Below are positions 14,867 through 23,452 of a DNA stretch of 27,873 bases, piece by piece. This DNA comes from a virus (taxonomy: Duplodnaviria; Caudoviricetes), in the IMG/VR virus record IMGVR_UViG_3300022719_000398, positions 1 to 27,873 of that record. The stretch is one strand, 5' to 3'. The translations under genes and the position numbers were made by a program. The number at the start of each line of letters is the position of its first letter. Position 1 is the first letter of the stretch. The notes under the pieces are model-generated. The model ran no database searches. It was not told where the DNA came from and saw only the letters and a program-made list of their open reading frames with translations.

Positions 14867-15247
14867 ATGCCTTCATCCACCGTCGCTGCCGTAGACGTCG
14901 ACCTGCGCGGCGTCGAGATCAATCTGTGCTTCAAGCGGGCGGACGCGTTCACGTTCGGCTTCCTGCTGCAGCAGGGTGGCTCCGCGATCGACGTGACCGG
15001 CTACACGTTCGCGTTCGCTGTGTCGACGTCGCCCGATGGCCAGGCGACGCCCTCGCCGATCCTGTTCACGCTGGCAGCCTCGAACACGCCGGGGGCGTCG
15101 GGCATCGTCACGTTCCTGCCGACCACGAACCAGATGGACCAGGCGCCCGGCAGCTACTTCTACGACCTGCAGTGGACGACGCCCGGTGGCGAGGTGCGAA
15201 CGCTTGCCTACGGTTCGTTCCAGATCGACCTGGACGTCACCGCCTAG
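14867..15247 (+). CDS. Ig-like/BppU-like virion protein
   Basis: KRADAF...IDVTGYT...GSYFYDLQWTTPGGEVRTLAYGSFQI..DVT; RBS AGGAG. Confidence 0.65.
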   Translation: MPSSTVAAVDVDLRGVEINLCFKRADAFTFGFLLQQGGSAIDVTGYTFAFAVSTSPDGQATPSPILFTLAASNTPGASGIVTFLPTTNQMDQAPGSYFYDLQWTTPGGEVRTLAYGSFQIDLDVTA

Positions 15248-15257
15248 GAGCCCGCTC

Positions 15258-15872
15258 ATGGCCACCGTCTCGATCAACGGCGTCGCCTACGACATCTACG
15301 GAACCTCCGCCGGCGCCGACGCCTACCACGCCGCGAATCCGAAGGCCGACGCCTGGCGCGCCGCGGGCGTCACCGACAAGAACCGCGCGCTCGTCGAGGC
15401 TGCCCGGTCGTTCAATCGCCAGTCGTGGGTCGGCGATGCCACCGATCCTGTCACGCCGCAGCCGCTCGCTTGGCCGCGCACCGGCGTCGTCGATCGGAAC
15501 GGCCAGGCGGTGTCCGACGCGGTGGTGCCTCAGGACGTCGTCGATGCCTCGTACGAGTGGGCGCTGGTGATCCTCGGGGATGCCGACGTCGCGGCCGCGA
15601 CTCCCGGGACGAACACGAAGCGGACCCGCGAGCTGAAGCGCGTCGAGGGTGCCGTCACGACGGACGTCGAGACGGAGCTGTTCCGGCCGACGATCGGCCA
15701 GGCCGGTCGGTTCCCGCTCGACATCCTCGAGCTGCTCGCCCCGTTCCTGCAGGGCGCCTCGAGCGTCGGGCTCGCCTACGCGTCCGGGACGGACGTCAGC
15801 TCGGGCTTCACGACGGCGGACCGGGACTTCGGTTTCTCCGAGCCGGGCCTCGACGGCGGGAGCAACTCGTAA
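15258..15872 (+). CDS. head-tail adaptor-like protein (family often labelled 'DnaT-like')
   Basis: ADAYHA...AW...KNRALVEAAR...W.G...QPLAWPRTGV...VPQDVVDASYEWAL; RBS AGGAG. Confidence 0.75.
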   Translation: MATVSINGVAYDIYGTSAGADAYHAANPKADAWRAAGVTDKNRALVEAARSFNRQSWVGDATDPVTPQPLAWPRTGVVDRNGQAVSDAVVPQDVVDASYEWALVILGDADVAAATPGTNTKRTRELKRVEGAVTTDVETELFRPTIGQAGRFPLDILELLAPFLQGASSVGLAYASGTDVSSGFTTADRDFGFSEPGLDGGSNS

Positions 15873-16054
15873 CACCGACCGGCAGCTCACCAGACGTTGC
15901 CGATGCAAGAGCACACGCTCCAGCACGCAGCTCATGTGCATGCGCAGGCGATCGGCAGCTCGGAAAGAGCTCGGCGCGCAACTCGACACTCTCCCGTGCG
16001 CAGGTCGCACACCGTTCCGAATGCAGCGAATGCGCGCCGCGTCGGCAGCCACAC
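15865..16054 (+). repeat. phased-GCA element C
   Basis: Anchors end at 15884, 15907, 15929, 15946, 15957, 15980, 16002, 16025, 16047 (spacing 23,22,17,11,23,22,23,22). Confidence 0.85.
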
Positions 16055-16128
16055 GGTGTCGAAAGCGCCTGGGCGGTATGCCACCTTTCCCGCCGGGTGC
16101 CCGCCACCACCATCAAGGAGAATCCGCC

Positions 16129-16496
16129 ATGCGCCGCCTGTCCGTGCTCGCCCTGTTCGTCCTGTCCGTCATCCCGTTCCCCGCCCTCGCGCTTGACGCT
16201 GCGATCGACCCGGTGCTCGAGCCGCTGCTCGAGGGCCAGTCCTTCGACGCCCGCCTCGGGTCCCGTTGCCGACCCGCATCCAGCTCGCGCTCGAGGTGGA
16301 GGAGAACCCGGTGATCGCGGGCGAGATGCAGCTTCTCGCGCTCACCTCGACCGAAGCTCACGACAGCCCGACGTGTCTCGGCGGTGTCGAGGCGCCGGCG
16401 TCGGATCGCATCGTCGGGTACGTGCCGGAGCCGTCTGCCGCACTGTCGCTCCTCGCCGGCGGAACGCTGCTCGCGCTCCTCGGCCGCCGCCGATGA
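16129..16496 (+). pseudogene. PEP-CTERM protein split by a -1 frameshift near 16260
   Basis: RBS AAGGAG; signal peptide MRRLSVLALFVLSVIPFPALA; the -1 frame ends VPEPSAALSLLAGGTLLALLGRRR*; one extra G in GGG 16258-16260 restores a 122-aa ORF. Confidence 0.75.
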
Positions 16497-16726
16497 GCCG
16501 GCGTGGCTTCATCCTCGAGACGCGCGACGGGGACGAGTACTACCGCGGCTGGCTGGCGGCCGTGCTGAAGACCGGTCCTGTCGAGCCCGGCGAGTTCGAG
16601 CGGGGCTTCAACCACGCCACCGCGATCGGCTCGGGCGCGCTGGCGCACCTGGCCGAGCTGATCGACCACGGCGTCGTCAAGGTCCTGCCGTTCGAGTCCG
16701 CCGAGCGCCCGGATCCGGACGACTGA
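16493..16726 (+). CDS. hypothetical protein
   Basis: MSRRGFILETRDGDEYYRGW...; ATGA overlap. Confidence 0.65.
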   Translation: MSRRGFILETRDGDEYYRGWLAAVLKTGPVEPGEFERGFNHATAIGSGALAHLAELIDHGVVKVLPFESAERPDPDD

Positions 16727-16968
16727 TGCTCGGGTCGCTCACGGGCCGAGAGGCCCGCGAGATCGTGCGCCAGGCGGAGGTGTCGCTCGCGCCATCCCCG
16801 ATCCTGTCCCGAGAGGAGTGGGAGCGCGTAGAGCCGCTCACGTTCCGCCTGGCGCGCGACGATCGCGAGGTCGTGGAGATCGTTTCGCGGTGCGACTCCG
16901 CGGTGGTCGACCGCGTCTCCCTCGGGTTCTTCCATGCCTGGTGGGATTCACCGGTGTTCTGGGCATGA
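16726..16968 (+). CDS. hypothetical protein
   Basis: MLGSLTGREAREIVRQ...; TGATG overlap. Confidence 0.55.
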   Translation: MLGSLTGREAREIVRQAEVSLAPSPILSREEWERVEPLTFRLARDDREVVEIVSRCDSAVVDRVSLGFFHAWWDSPVFWA

Positions 16969-17035
16969 TCCGGGAGGTCTGGCTGTAGCGCCTTCGCTAC
17001 GCTAGGCGGCGCCGCACCACAGGAGGCCCGCCGCC

Positions 17036-18040
17036 ATGAGTGCTCCCGAGATCCTCGTCGCGCCCTCGGAGGCGCTCGACCACGCCGGTCGGCTCGTCGC
17101 CCTGATCGAGCGACAGGAGGGCCGCGTCCGTCGCCGGTACCTCGAGCTGCTCCGCCAGTCGCGGCAGCTCGCGACGCTCGAGGAGCTGGCGGCGCTGCTC
17201 GAGCGGGGCCGCGTGGCCGAGGCGCTGCAGATCTTCGACGACGTGGGCAACGCGCTCACTCAGGAGGTGTTTGCCGCGTACGCCGCGGCGGGCTACTCGG
17301 CGGCCGAGTTCCTGCGGTCCGAGGTCGACACGGTGTTCGACTTCAACCTGGCGAACGAGCGGGCGTCGCTGTTCGTGCGGAACGAGCGGGCTCGCCTGAT
17401 CCGTGAGCTGTCGCAGCAGCAGCGCCTGGCGACGGCCGAGTTCCTCGCGGACGCCTTTCAGCGTGGACTGGCGCCGATCGAGCAGGCCCGCGCGCTGAAG
17501 CGCTCGCTCGGCCTCACGCAGTACCAGGCGCAGATCATCCGGAACTACCGCCGGAACCTCGAGCAGCGCGACGTGCGCGCGCTCGGCCGCGCGCTCCGCG
17601 ATCGGCGCTTCGACTCGACGATCCGACGCGCGATCGACACCGACACGCCGCTCTCGGCCGCTCAGATCGACCGCATGGTCGAGCGCTATCGCGAGCGCTG
17701 GATCCAGTACCGCGCCCGCACGATCGCGCGCACCGAGACGCTGCGCGCCGCTTCGGCCGCCGACGAGGAGCTGTTCCAGCAGGCAATCGACGACGGGGTC
17801 ATCGCGGCTGCCGACCTGCAGAACCAGTGGGTCGCGCGGCTGCGGAACACGCGCGACTCGCACGAGGCCCCGCTCCATCTGCAGATCCAGCCGTTCGGCG
17901 TCCCCTTCCGATCGGGCGCGGGGAATCTGCTGCGGTACCCGGGCGATCCGAACGCGCCGGCGTCGGAGACGATCAACTGCCAGTGCGTCGTCGCGCGGAT
18001 CCTGAACAGCGAAACGGCGCGCGGCCGGCGGGCGGCCTGA
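17036..18040 (+). CDS. minor head / head morphogenesis protein (Mu gpF/SPP1 gp7-like)
   Basis: YRARTIARTE...W...RDSH...LRYPGDPNAPASETINCQC; RBS CAGGAGG. Confidence 0.88.
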   Translation: MSAPEILVAPSEALDHAGRLVALIERQEGRVRRRYLELLRQSRQLATLEELAALLERGRVAEALQIFDDVGNALTQEVFAAYAAAGYSAAEFLRSEVDTVFDFNLANERASLFVRNERARLIRELSQQQRLATAEFLADAFQRGLAPIEQARALKRSLGLTQYQAQIIRNYRRNLEQRDVRALGRALRDRRFDSTIRRAIDTDTPLSAAQIDRMVERYRERWIQYRARTIARTETLRAASAADEELFQQAIDDGVIAAADLQNQWVARLRNTRDSHEAPLHLQIQPFGVPFRSGAGNLLRYPGDPNAPASETINCQCVVARILNSETARGRRAA

Positions 18041-18044
18041 ACGC

Positions 18045-18269
18045 GTGGCCCTCGCTCATCTCGATGTAAGGGTCCGGGTCACCAAGGGTTTCCGGCTCCT
18101 GGTGCTGGTGCTCTGGCTGCTGAACCGCTCCCGCATCCGGCTGCCAGAGCGCCTATCGGACGCGCTCGCCGGCTGGCTCGCCAGGCGAATGCGGCTCGCC
18201 ATCGTTCCTCGTGGAACCGGTGGCCCGCGTCGTCGTCGCCGGCGCCATCGCGACAATTCACCGGCGTAG
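18045..18269 (+). CDS. small basic/hydrophobic hypothetical protein
   Basis: Fills the gap; no clear RBS. Confidence 0.4.
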   Translation: MALAHLDVRVRVTKGFRLLVLVLWLLNRSRIRLPERLSDALAGWLARRMRLAIVPRGTGGPRRRRRRHRDNSPA

Positions 18270-18343
18270 GTGGACGGTTCCGGTCCGCGTGGTATAGGCT
18301 CCCGCCCATCGCGCGCCGCCACGCGAACCGGAGGTGACCCCTG

Positions 18344-18784
18344 GTGGCGGGCTCAACGCGTCGTCGGCGGCAGAAGCGCAAGCCCTACCTGGCGACCACC
18401 AAGGTCCTGAAGGTCGACGAGGGCCTCGGGCTCGTGTTCGGCTGGGGCATGATCTGCACCGACGCCGACGGCCAGTACCTCGACGCCGACGACGAGGGCG
18501 TCTCGACGACCGAGATGCTGAAGGCGGTCACCGACTTCTCGGCGCAGGCCGTCTCCCCCACCGACGACGCCCACGACGAAGTGCCCGACGGGACGGTGGT
18601 GTTCTCGTTCCCGCTCACGAAGGAGATCGCCGAGCAGTTCGACATCGACTGCCCGGTCGAGGGCTGGATGGTCGCGGTGCGGCCGTCGCCCGAGGTCCTC
18701 AAGAAGTTCGCCGACGGCACGTACACCGGGTTCTCCGTCGGCGGCTCCGTCGGCGCCTGGGACCCGTACGGGGAGGCCGCCTGA
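18344..18784 (+). CDS. XkdF-like putative prohead serine protease domain
   Basis: KVDEGLGLVFGWG...D.DDE....EMLKA..DF...H...VVFSFPLT...GW...GTYTGFSVGG; RBS GGAGGTG. Confidence 0.8.
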   Translation: MAGSTRRRRQKRKPYLATTKVLKVDEGLGLVFGWGMICTDADGQYLDADDEGVSTTEMLKAVTDFSAQAVSPTDDAHDEVPDGTVVFSFPLTKEIAEQFDIDCPVEGWMVAVRPSPEVLKKFADGTYTGFSVGGSVGAWDPYGEAA

Positions 18785-20007
18785 TGCGCACCGCACCCCG
18801 CGAGCTAGGCAGCGTGCTGCTGAAGGATCTCGAGATCGACTTCCTGTCGCCGGTTCCAAAGCCCGCCCATCGCGGCGCGGTCGCCGTGCTGATGAAGCGC
18901 GACGGCACCGACGACGAGGTGAAGATCCCGAAGGCGGAGCGCGCGGTCGACGACGACTCCGCCGAGCCCGTCACGAAGCGGCGCGCGTTCAAGTACTACG
19001 ACGCCGACGGCGACACCCCGGTGGTGATGACGTCGAACGTCGACGGTCATGCCCACCTGATCGGTGTCCGCGGTCGCGCGGGCGAGACCACCTGGCAGAC
19101 GTCCGAGGACGCCGAGTCGGGGCACAGCCACCCGTGGATCCTCGCCTTCGACGGCGATGGCTCCATGACCCTGGTGATCGGCGAGTCGGAAGGTCACTCG
19201 CACGAGATCGAGAACGCAGCTCTCACCGCGGCCTTCGCCGCGGCCATGGCCAAGGGGGCAGAGCCCCCGGACCCGGAGGACGACCCGATGCCCAAGCCCA
19301 AGACCGACGACGTCACGGCCGAGGACTCCCTCGCGCTGGCGCGGCTCATCCTGCCGATGGGCGACGACGAGCGCGGCTACTTCGAGACCCTCGACGCTCC
19401 CGGCAAGGCGTCGTTCGTGCAGAAGAGCGCGGACGACCGCAAGCCGCTCGTGAAGGCGTGGGTCGAGAAGAAGGCCGCCGAGGCCATCGACGCCGACCCG
19501 GTCGTGCACACCGGTCGGGACGGCACCGTGTACCGGAAGAGCGCCGATCCGGCAGTCGTCGCCCTCGCGAAGAGCAACGACGAGCTGGCCGCGCGTCTCG
19601 AGAAGGCCGAGGACGACGCCGTGCGCGCCCGGCTCGAGAAGCGCGCGGGCACCGAGCTGGGCTCGCTTCCGGGCACCGTCGACGCGAAGGTCGAGCTGCT
19701 GAAGGCCCTCGACAAGATCCCGGACGAGGCCGTGCGCAAGCAGGCGCTCGCCGCGGTGCGGGCGGGCAACCTCGCGCTCGCGAAGGGGCTGACCGAGCTG
19801 GGCAGCTCCGATCTCGAGGACCTGGGCCTCGAGGGAGACGGGCAGGAGGGTGCCGGCCAGAGCGAGCTGACGAAGCTCGTCGCCGAGTACCAGAAGGGCC
19901 ACCCGGAGGCGTCGGAGGCACAGGCGCACGCGGCGGTGCTCAAGACGTCGGCCGGTCGGGCGGCGTGGAAGAAGATGCGCGAAGAGGACGGGATCTCCGT
20001 CCAGTAG
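18784..20007 (+). CDS. scaffolding protein with protease-like N-terminal strand and His-rich segment
   Basis: LKDLEIDFLSPVPKPAHRGA; GHAH/GHSH/GHSH; helical Lys/Ala/Glu-rich C-terminal half; position before decoration and capsid genes. Confidence 0.7.
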   Translation: MRTAPRELGSVLLKDLEIDFLSPVPKPAHRGAVAVLMKRDGTDDEVKIPKAERAVDDDSAEPVTKRRAFKYYDADGDTPVVMTSNVDGHAHLIGVRGRAGETTWQTSEDAESGHSHPWILAFDGDGSMTLVIGESEGHSHEIENAALTAAFAAAMAKGAEPPDPEDDPMPKPKTDDVTAEDSLALARLILPMGDDERGYFETLDAPGKASFVQKSADDRKPLVKAWVEKKAAEAIDADPVVHTGRDGTVYRKSADPAVVALAKSNDELAARLEKAEDDAVRARLEKRAGTELGSLPGTVDAKVELLKALDKIPDEAVRKQALAAVRAGNLALAKGLTELGSSDLEDLGLEGDGQEGAGQSELTKLVAEYQKGHPEASEAQAHAAVLKTSAGRAAWKKMREEDGISVQ

Positions 20008-20067
20008 TTCGCGCGCCAGAACTGCGCGGGCGGGCAACGACCCGTCGCGCGCGCCAGGGGGAGCCCG

Positions 20068-20439
20068 ATGGCTTTCAGCGATCACCCGATGTACATCAGC
20101 CTCGTCGCCGGCGAGGCCCTGACGCGCGGTCGCATCGCGCAGTTCTCCGCGGGCACCGCGATCGAGGCGAACAACGCGACGACGGCCCCGATCGGGATCG
20201 TCGGCGAGTCGGTCGACTCGGGCGACGAGGTGCCGATCATGAGCTTCTCCGGCGCGGTGCACGAGGTCGAGCTGGGCGCCACGCTCGCGGCCGGTGCCGA
20301 GGTGATGAGCAACGGGTCCGGGCAGGCGATCGCGCTCGCCGGCGTCGACGTGATCGGCGCGGGCATCCTGCTCGAAGGCGGCGACTCGGGTGAGATCGTC
20401 GCGATGCTGTACCAGCCGAAGCGGGGCGTGTCCGCCTAG
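20068..20439 (+). CDS. capsid cement/decoration protein (DUF2190-like)
   Basis: AGEAL...PIGIV....SGDEV...G...VELGATLAAGAEVMSNGSGQA...GILLEGG.SGEIV. Confidence 0.8.
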   Translation: MAFSDHPMYISLVAGEALTRGRIAQFSAGTAIEANNATTAPIGIVGESVDSGDEVPIMSFSGAVHEVELGATLAAGAEVMSNGSGQAIALAGVDVIGAGILLEGGDSGEIVAMLYQPKRGVSA

Positions 20440-20504
20440 CACGTTCGCTTCGCGGCACGGCGTTGATCTCGACGTCGTGCAGCCACTCAGAGGGGAGGGG
20501 CCCG

Positions 20505-21545
20505 ATGCCCGTTCAGCCGTCCCGTTCGCAGGTCCACATCGATGGGCCGCTCACACAGATCAGCCTCGCGTTCTTCCAGAACGCCGAGAACTTCGTGGCC
20601 GATCGCGTGTTCCCGGACATCCCGGTCAGCAAGCAGTCCGACGCCTACTTCACGATCCCGCGCGGCGACTTCAACCGCGACGAGATGCGGCGGAAGGCTC
20701 CGGGCGCTCGGCCGGCGATGGGCGGCTACGACGTCGGGAACGACACGTACCAGTGCGACGTGTTCGCCTTCGGTCACCCGATCCCGGACGAGGTGCGCGC
20801 CAACGCCGACGACCCGCTCGATCTCGATCGGCAGGGCTCGGAGTTCGTGTCGCACAAGGCGCTGATCCAGCGCGAGGTGTCCTGGGCCGCGGGCTTCCTG
20901 CCCGCCGGCACGAACCCGGGCAACATCTGGTCGTTCGCCCTCGACGGTGCGGCGTCGCGCTCGGCCTCGCTCGACCCGTCGGACGGCACCGGCACGAACA
21001 ACGACGTCATCTTCTGGAACCGCACGGCCTCGACGCCGATCGAGGACGTCCGGCTCGGGAAGCGGACGGTCCAGGCGAGCACCGGCTATCGGCCGAACGT
21101 CATGACGATCGGCCGGCCGGCCTACGACGTGCTGCTCGACCACCCGGACATCGTCGGGCGCCTCGATCGCGGCCAGACCCCGGGCGGTCCCGCGATGGCG
21201 AAGCGCGACGCGCTCGCCGCGCTGTTCGAGCTGGACGAGATCCTGGTGATGGACGGCATCGTGAACACGGCCGCGAAGGGCGCGACCGCGGCCCACTCGT
21301 TCATCTCCGGGAACCACGCGCTCCTCACCTACCGCCCGCAGAACCCGGGCATCCTGGTGCCGTCGGCGGGCTACACGTTCACCTGGACCGGCTTCGTCGG
21401 CGGTGGCGCCACGAACGCCGGGACTCGGATCCGCACGAAGCGGATGGATCTCGAGGACTCGGACCTGGTGCAGATCGACTCCGCGTACGACCACAAGCTC
21501 GTCGCGGGCGATCTCGGGTTCTTCTTCGACGGGATCGTCGAGTAG
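20505..21545 (+). CDS. major capsid protein (lambda gpE-like, HK97 fold)
   Basis: HIDGPLTQISLAF.Q....FVADRVFP.IPVSKQSD.Y; TGYRPNVMTIG...L.DHPDI; PSAGYTFTW; RBS GAGGGGAGGGG. Confidence 0.92.
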   Translation: MPVQPSRSQVHIDGPLTQISLAFFQNAENFVADRVFPDIPVSKQSDAYFTIPRGDFNRDEMRRKAPGARPAMGGYDVGNDTYQCDVFAFGHPIPDEVRANADDPLDLDRQGSEFVSHKALIQREVSWAAGFLPAGTNPGNIWSFALDGAASRSASLDPSDGTGTNNDVIFWNRTASTPIEDVRLGKRTVQASTGYRPNVMTIGRPAYDVLLDHPDIVGRLDRGQTPGGPAMAKRDALAALFELDEILVMDGIVNTAAKGATAAHSFISGNHALLTYRPQNPGILVPSAGYTFTWTGFVGGGATNAGTRIRTKRMDLEDSDLVQIDSAYDHKLVAGDLGFFFDGIVE

Positions 21546-21647
21546 CGGTTCTGGGGGGTTGCGGCTCGTCGGCGCGTAGCCCAGGACCGGGAGGCGCGCC
21601 GAGGTTCGCCACCCGGGCAGCCGGCACGGGGTCGGCTGCCCATCTTC
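21546..21647 (+). terminator. two GC-rich hairpins after the capsid gene (attenuator or mRNA stabiliser)
   Basis: CGGTTCTGGG 21546-55 / CCCAGGACCG 21580-89; GGGCAGCCGG 21615-24 / TCGGCTGCCC 21632-41 followed by ATCTTC (weak U tract). Confidence 0.45.
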
Positions 21648-21659
21648 ACGGGGGGAGCG

Positions 21660-22667
21660 ATGGACGAGACGACGGCAGCGGGTGAGGCGGTGGTCGTCGT
21701 CGGGCCCCGCAAGCTCCGGGAGTTCGCGCCTGCGCTGCAGCGGCAGGTCCTCGAGCGGGCAGCCGCGGTGGCGCGCGAGACCGGCGAACGGCCTGCGGTC
21801 GTGATCGTCGTCGGGGACGCGGTCGCCGAGGGCGAGGCGCTCGAGGCTGCCGTGGCGCTCCTGCAGGCGCGTGCCGACGGGACCGCTCCGGCCGACGTCG
21901 AGTCCTGGCCGGTCGAGGTCGAGGTGCCAGAGGTCCTGGCGTTCGCGTCTCTGCCCGCGGCGGATCGCGTCGCCCTCGAGCAGTGGTCCGCCGAGCGCCA
22001 CCGTGCGCGCGAGGCCGTGCCGCCCCTGGCGGAGCTGGAAGACGAGGCCGGCAACGTCGATCTGGTGCTCCTGCCCGCCGGGTTGACGGATCCCCCGCGC
22101 GTTCGGCCTCCGGAGCCCGCGCAGCCGCCGTCGGCCCCCTACCACGGCGTCTCGCGCCGCCAGATGGCGATCGACGCGGCGCCGGACGACGACATCGACC
22201 CCGAGACCGGTCGGCCGCGGGTGCTCAAGGCCATCCGGAAGCTGCGTCACTGGAAGCAGCGCTTCCTGCCGAACGCCGCGTTCTGCTGGCGCAAGAACGC
22301 TCAGTGGCCGCGCTACGACGCCAACGGGCAGTTCGTCGAGAGCGTCGACTTCCCGGCAGGCTCCGCCCTGCCGCGGTGGGTGCTCGAGCAGATGCCGGGC
22401 GCCAAGCTCGAGCGGTTCTGGGAGTCCGGCTTCATCGAGCTGCTCCAGTTCGAGGAGCCGGACGTCGCCTCGGGCCAGCTCGAGGAGCGGCCGCCGGAGC
22501 CGGGTGTCCCGATCCGCGGTCGGCGTGCGGCCCCCCGCGTCGTCGATCCCGACGATCCGACCGGTGTCCGCAAGGCGCGGCCCAAGAAGAAGCGGTCCCG
22601 TCGACCGCGTCGCGCTTCGGGCGACGAGAAGGCGAACCCGCAGACGTCTGCGGGCGCCGGGAAGTAG
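21660..22667 (+). CDS. hypothetical protein downstream of the capsid gene
   Basis: 335 aa, GC3-rich, RBS GGGGGAG; conserved-looking core RHWKQRF...LERFWESGFIEL and basic tail. Confidence 0.7.
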   Translation: MDETTAAGEAVVVVGPRKLREFAPALQRQVLERAAAVARETGERPAVVIVVGDAVAEGEALEAAVALLQARADGTAPADVESWPVEVEVPEVLAFASLPAADRVALEQWSAERHRAREAVPPLAELEDEAGNVDLVLLPAGLTDPPRVRPPEPAQPPSAPYHGVSRRQMAIDAAPDDDIDPETGRPRVLKAIRKLRHWKQRFLPNAAFCWRKNAQWPRYDANGQFVESVDFPAGSALPRWVLEQMPGAKLERFWESGFIELLQFEEPDVASGQLEERPPEPGVPIRGRRAAPRVVDPDDPTGVRKARPKKKRSRRPRRASGDEKANPQTSAGAGK

Positions 22668-22673
22668 CGCGCC

Positions 22674-23048
22674 ATGGGCCTCGAGAACGTTCCGCGGCAG
22701 CGCCTCGCAGGGCTGTGGACGCCCACGCTCACGATCGTCGCGACCCTCGACGCGGTCACGCTCAACCGCGCGTTCTACTCCGTCTCGGGCAACCTGGTGT
22801 CCTGCTTCCTGTCGGTCCAGTGCGATCCAAGCTCGACGGCCGAATGGCGCTTCAGGGTTTCGCTCCCGATCGCGACTCCGCTGGCAGCGATCGGCGACAT
22901 CGCCGGTGCCGGTGGAATCCTCGGCAGCGCCGGCTTCGGCGCCGGCGTCGTGGCGGACGTCGCGAACGACGAGGCGCTGTGCTTCGGCGCCCACAGCGCG
23001 GCCGAGGAGACCGCGACGTTCTCGTTCGGCTACCTGGTAGGTCCGTGA
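22674..23048 (+). CDS. small beta-rich virion protein (fibre-tip-like)
   Basis: GLWTPTLT...AFYSVSGNLVSC...FRVSLPI. Confidence 0.6.
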   Translation: MGLENVPRQRLAGLWTPTLTIVATLDAVTLNRAFYSVSGNLVSCFLSVQCDPSSTAEWRFRVSLPIATPLAAIGDIAGAGGILGSAGFGAGVVADVANDEALCFGAHSAAEETATFSFGYLVGP

Positions 23049-23452
23049 GTGAGGCCGCAGGGCTCGCGTTCTATGCCGAGATGGTCGAGGTCGCGGCGGA
23101 GCTGCTCCTCGAGTTCGGCCGAGACGCAACCCTCGAGCGCGCTGCGCGGCTGACGGCGACCGACCCCGCGAAGCCCTGGCGCGCCGTCCAGGGGCCTGCC
23201 GCGGCGGCCCCGGCGCAGTCGTTCACGGTCCGCGCGGTCATCACTTCGGACACCCGGGAAGCCCGCGAGGGCACGACGCTGAAGGCCAACGAGCGCGTGA
23301 TGTTCCTGCAGTCCGCGACGGCGCTCCCGGAGATCGCCGACGACGAGTGGGAGGTCGTCGATGCCGACGGCACCCGGCTCGGGGTCCGGACGATGACGCC
23401 GATCCAGCCTGGCCAGGTTCTGATCCTCTACCGCGCGGTGGTGACGGTGTGA
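23045..23452 (+). CDS. head closure / head-tail joining protein
   Basis: GTG 23045; YAEMVEVAAELLLEFGRDATL...DPAKPW...GTTLKANE...PIQPGQVLILY. Confidence 0.7.
   Translation: MSEAAGLAFYAEMVEVAAELLLEFGRDATLERAARLTATDPAKPWRAVQGPAAAAPAQSFTVRAVITSDTREAREGTTLKANERVMFLQSATALPEIADDEWEVVDADGTRLGVRTMTPIQPGQVLILYRAVVTV

Noticed and set aside
14887-14895. TGCCGTAGA as a fourth cassette promoter
   Set aside because: Inside a CDS, lacks TCAK at the 15-nt spacing and lacks the downstream GCAA/SD
20487-23129. Long minus-strand ORFs (880, 655, 554, 551 and 545 aa)
   Set aside because: Antisense shadows of well-supported + strand genes in GC-rich DNA, with no recognisable motifs
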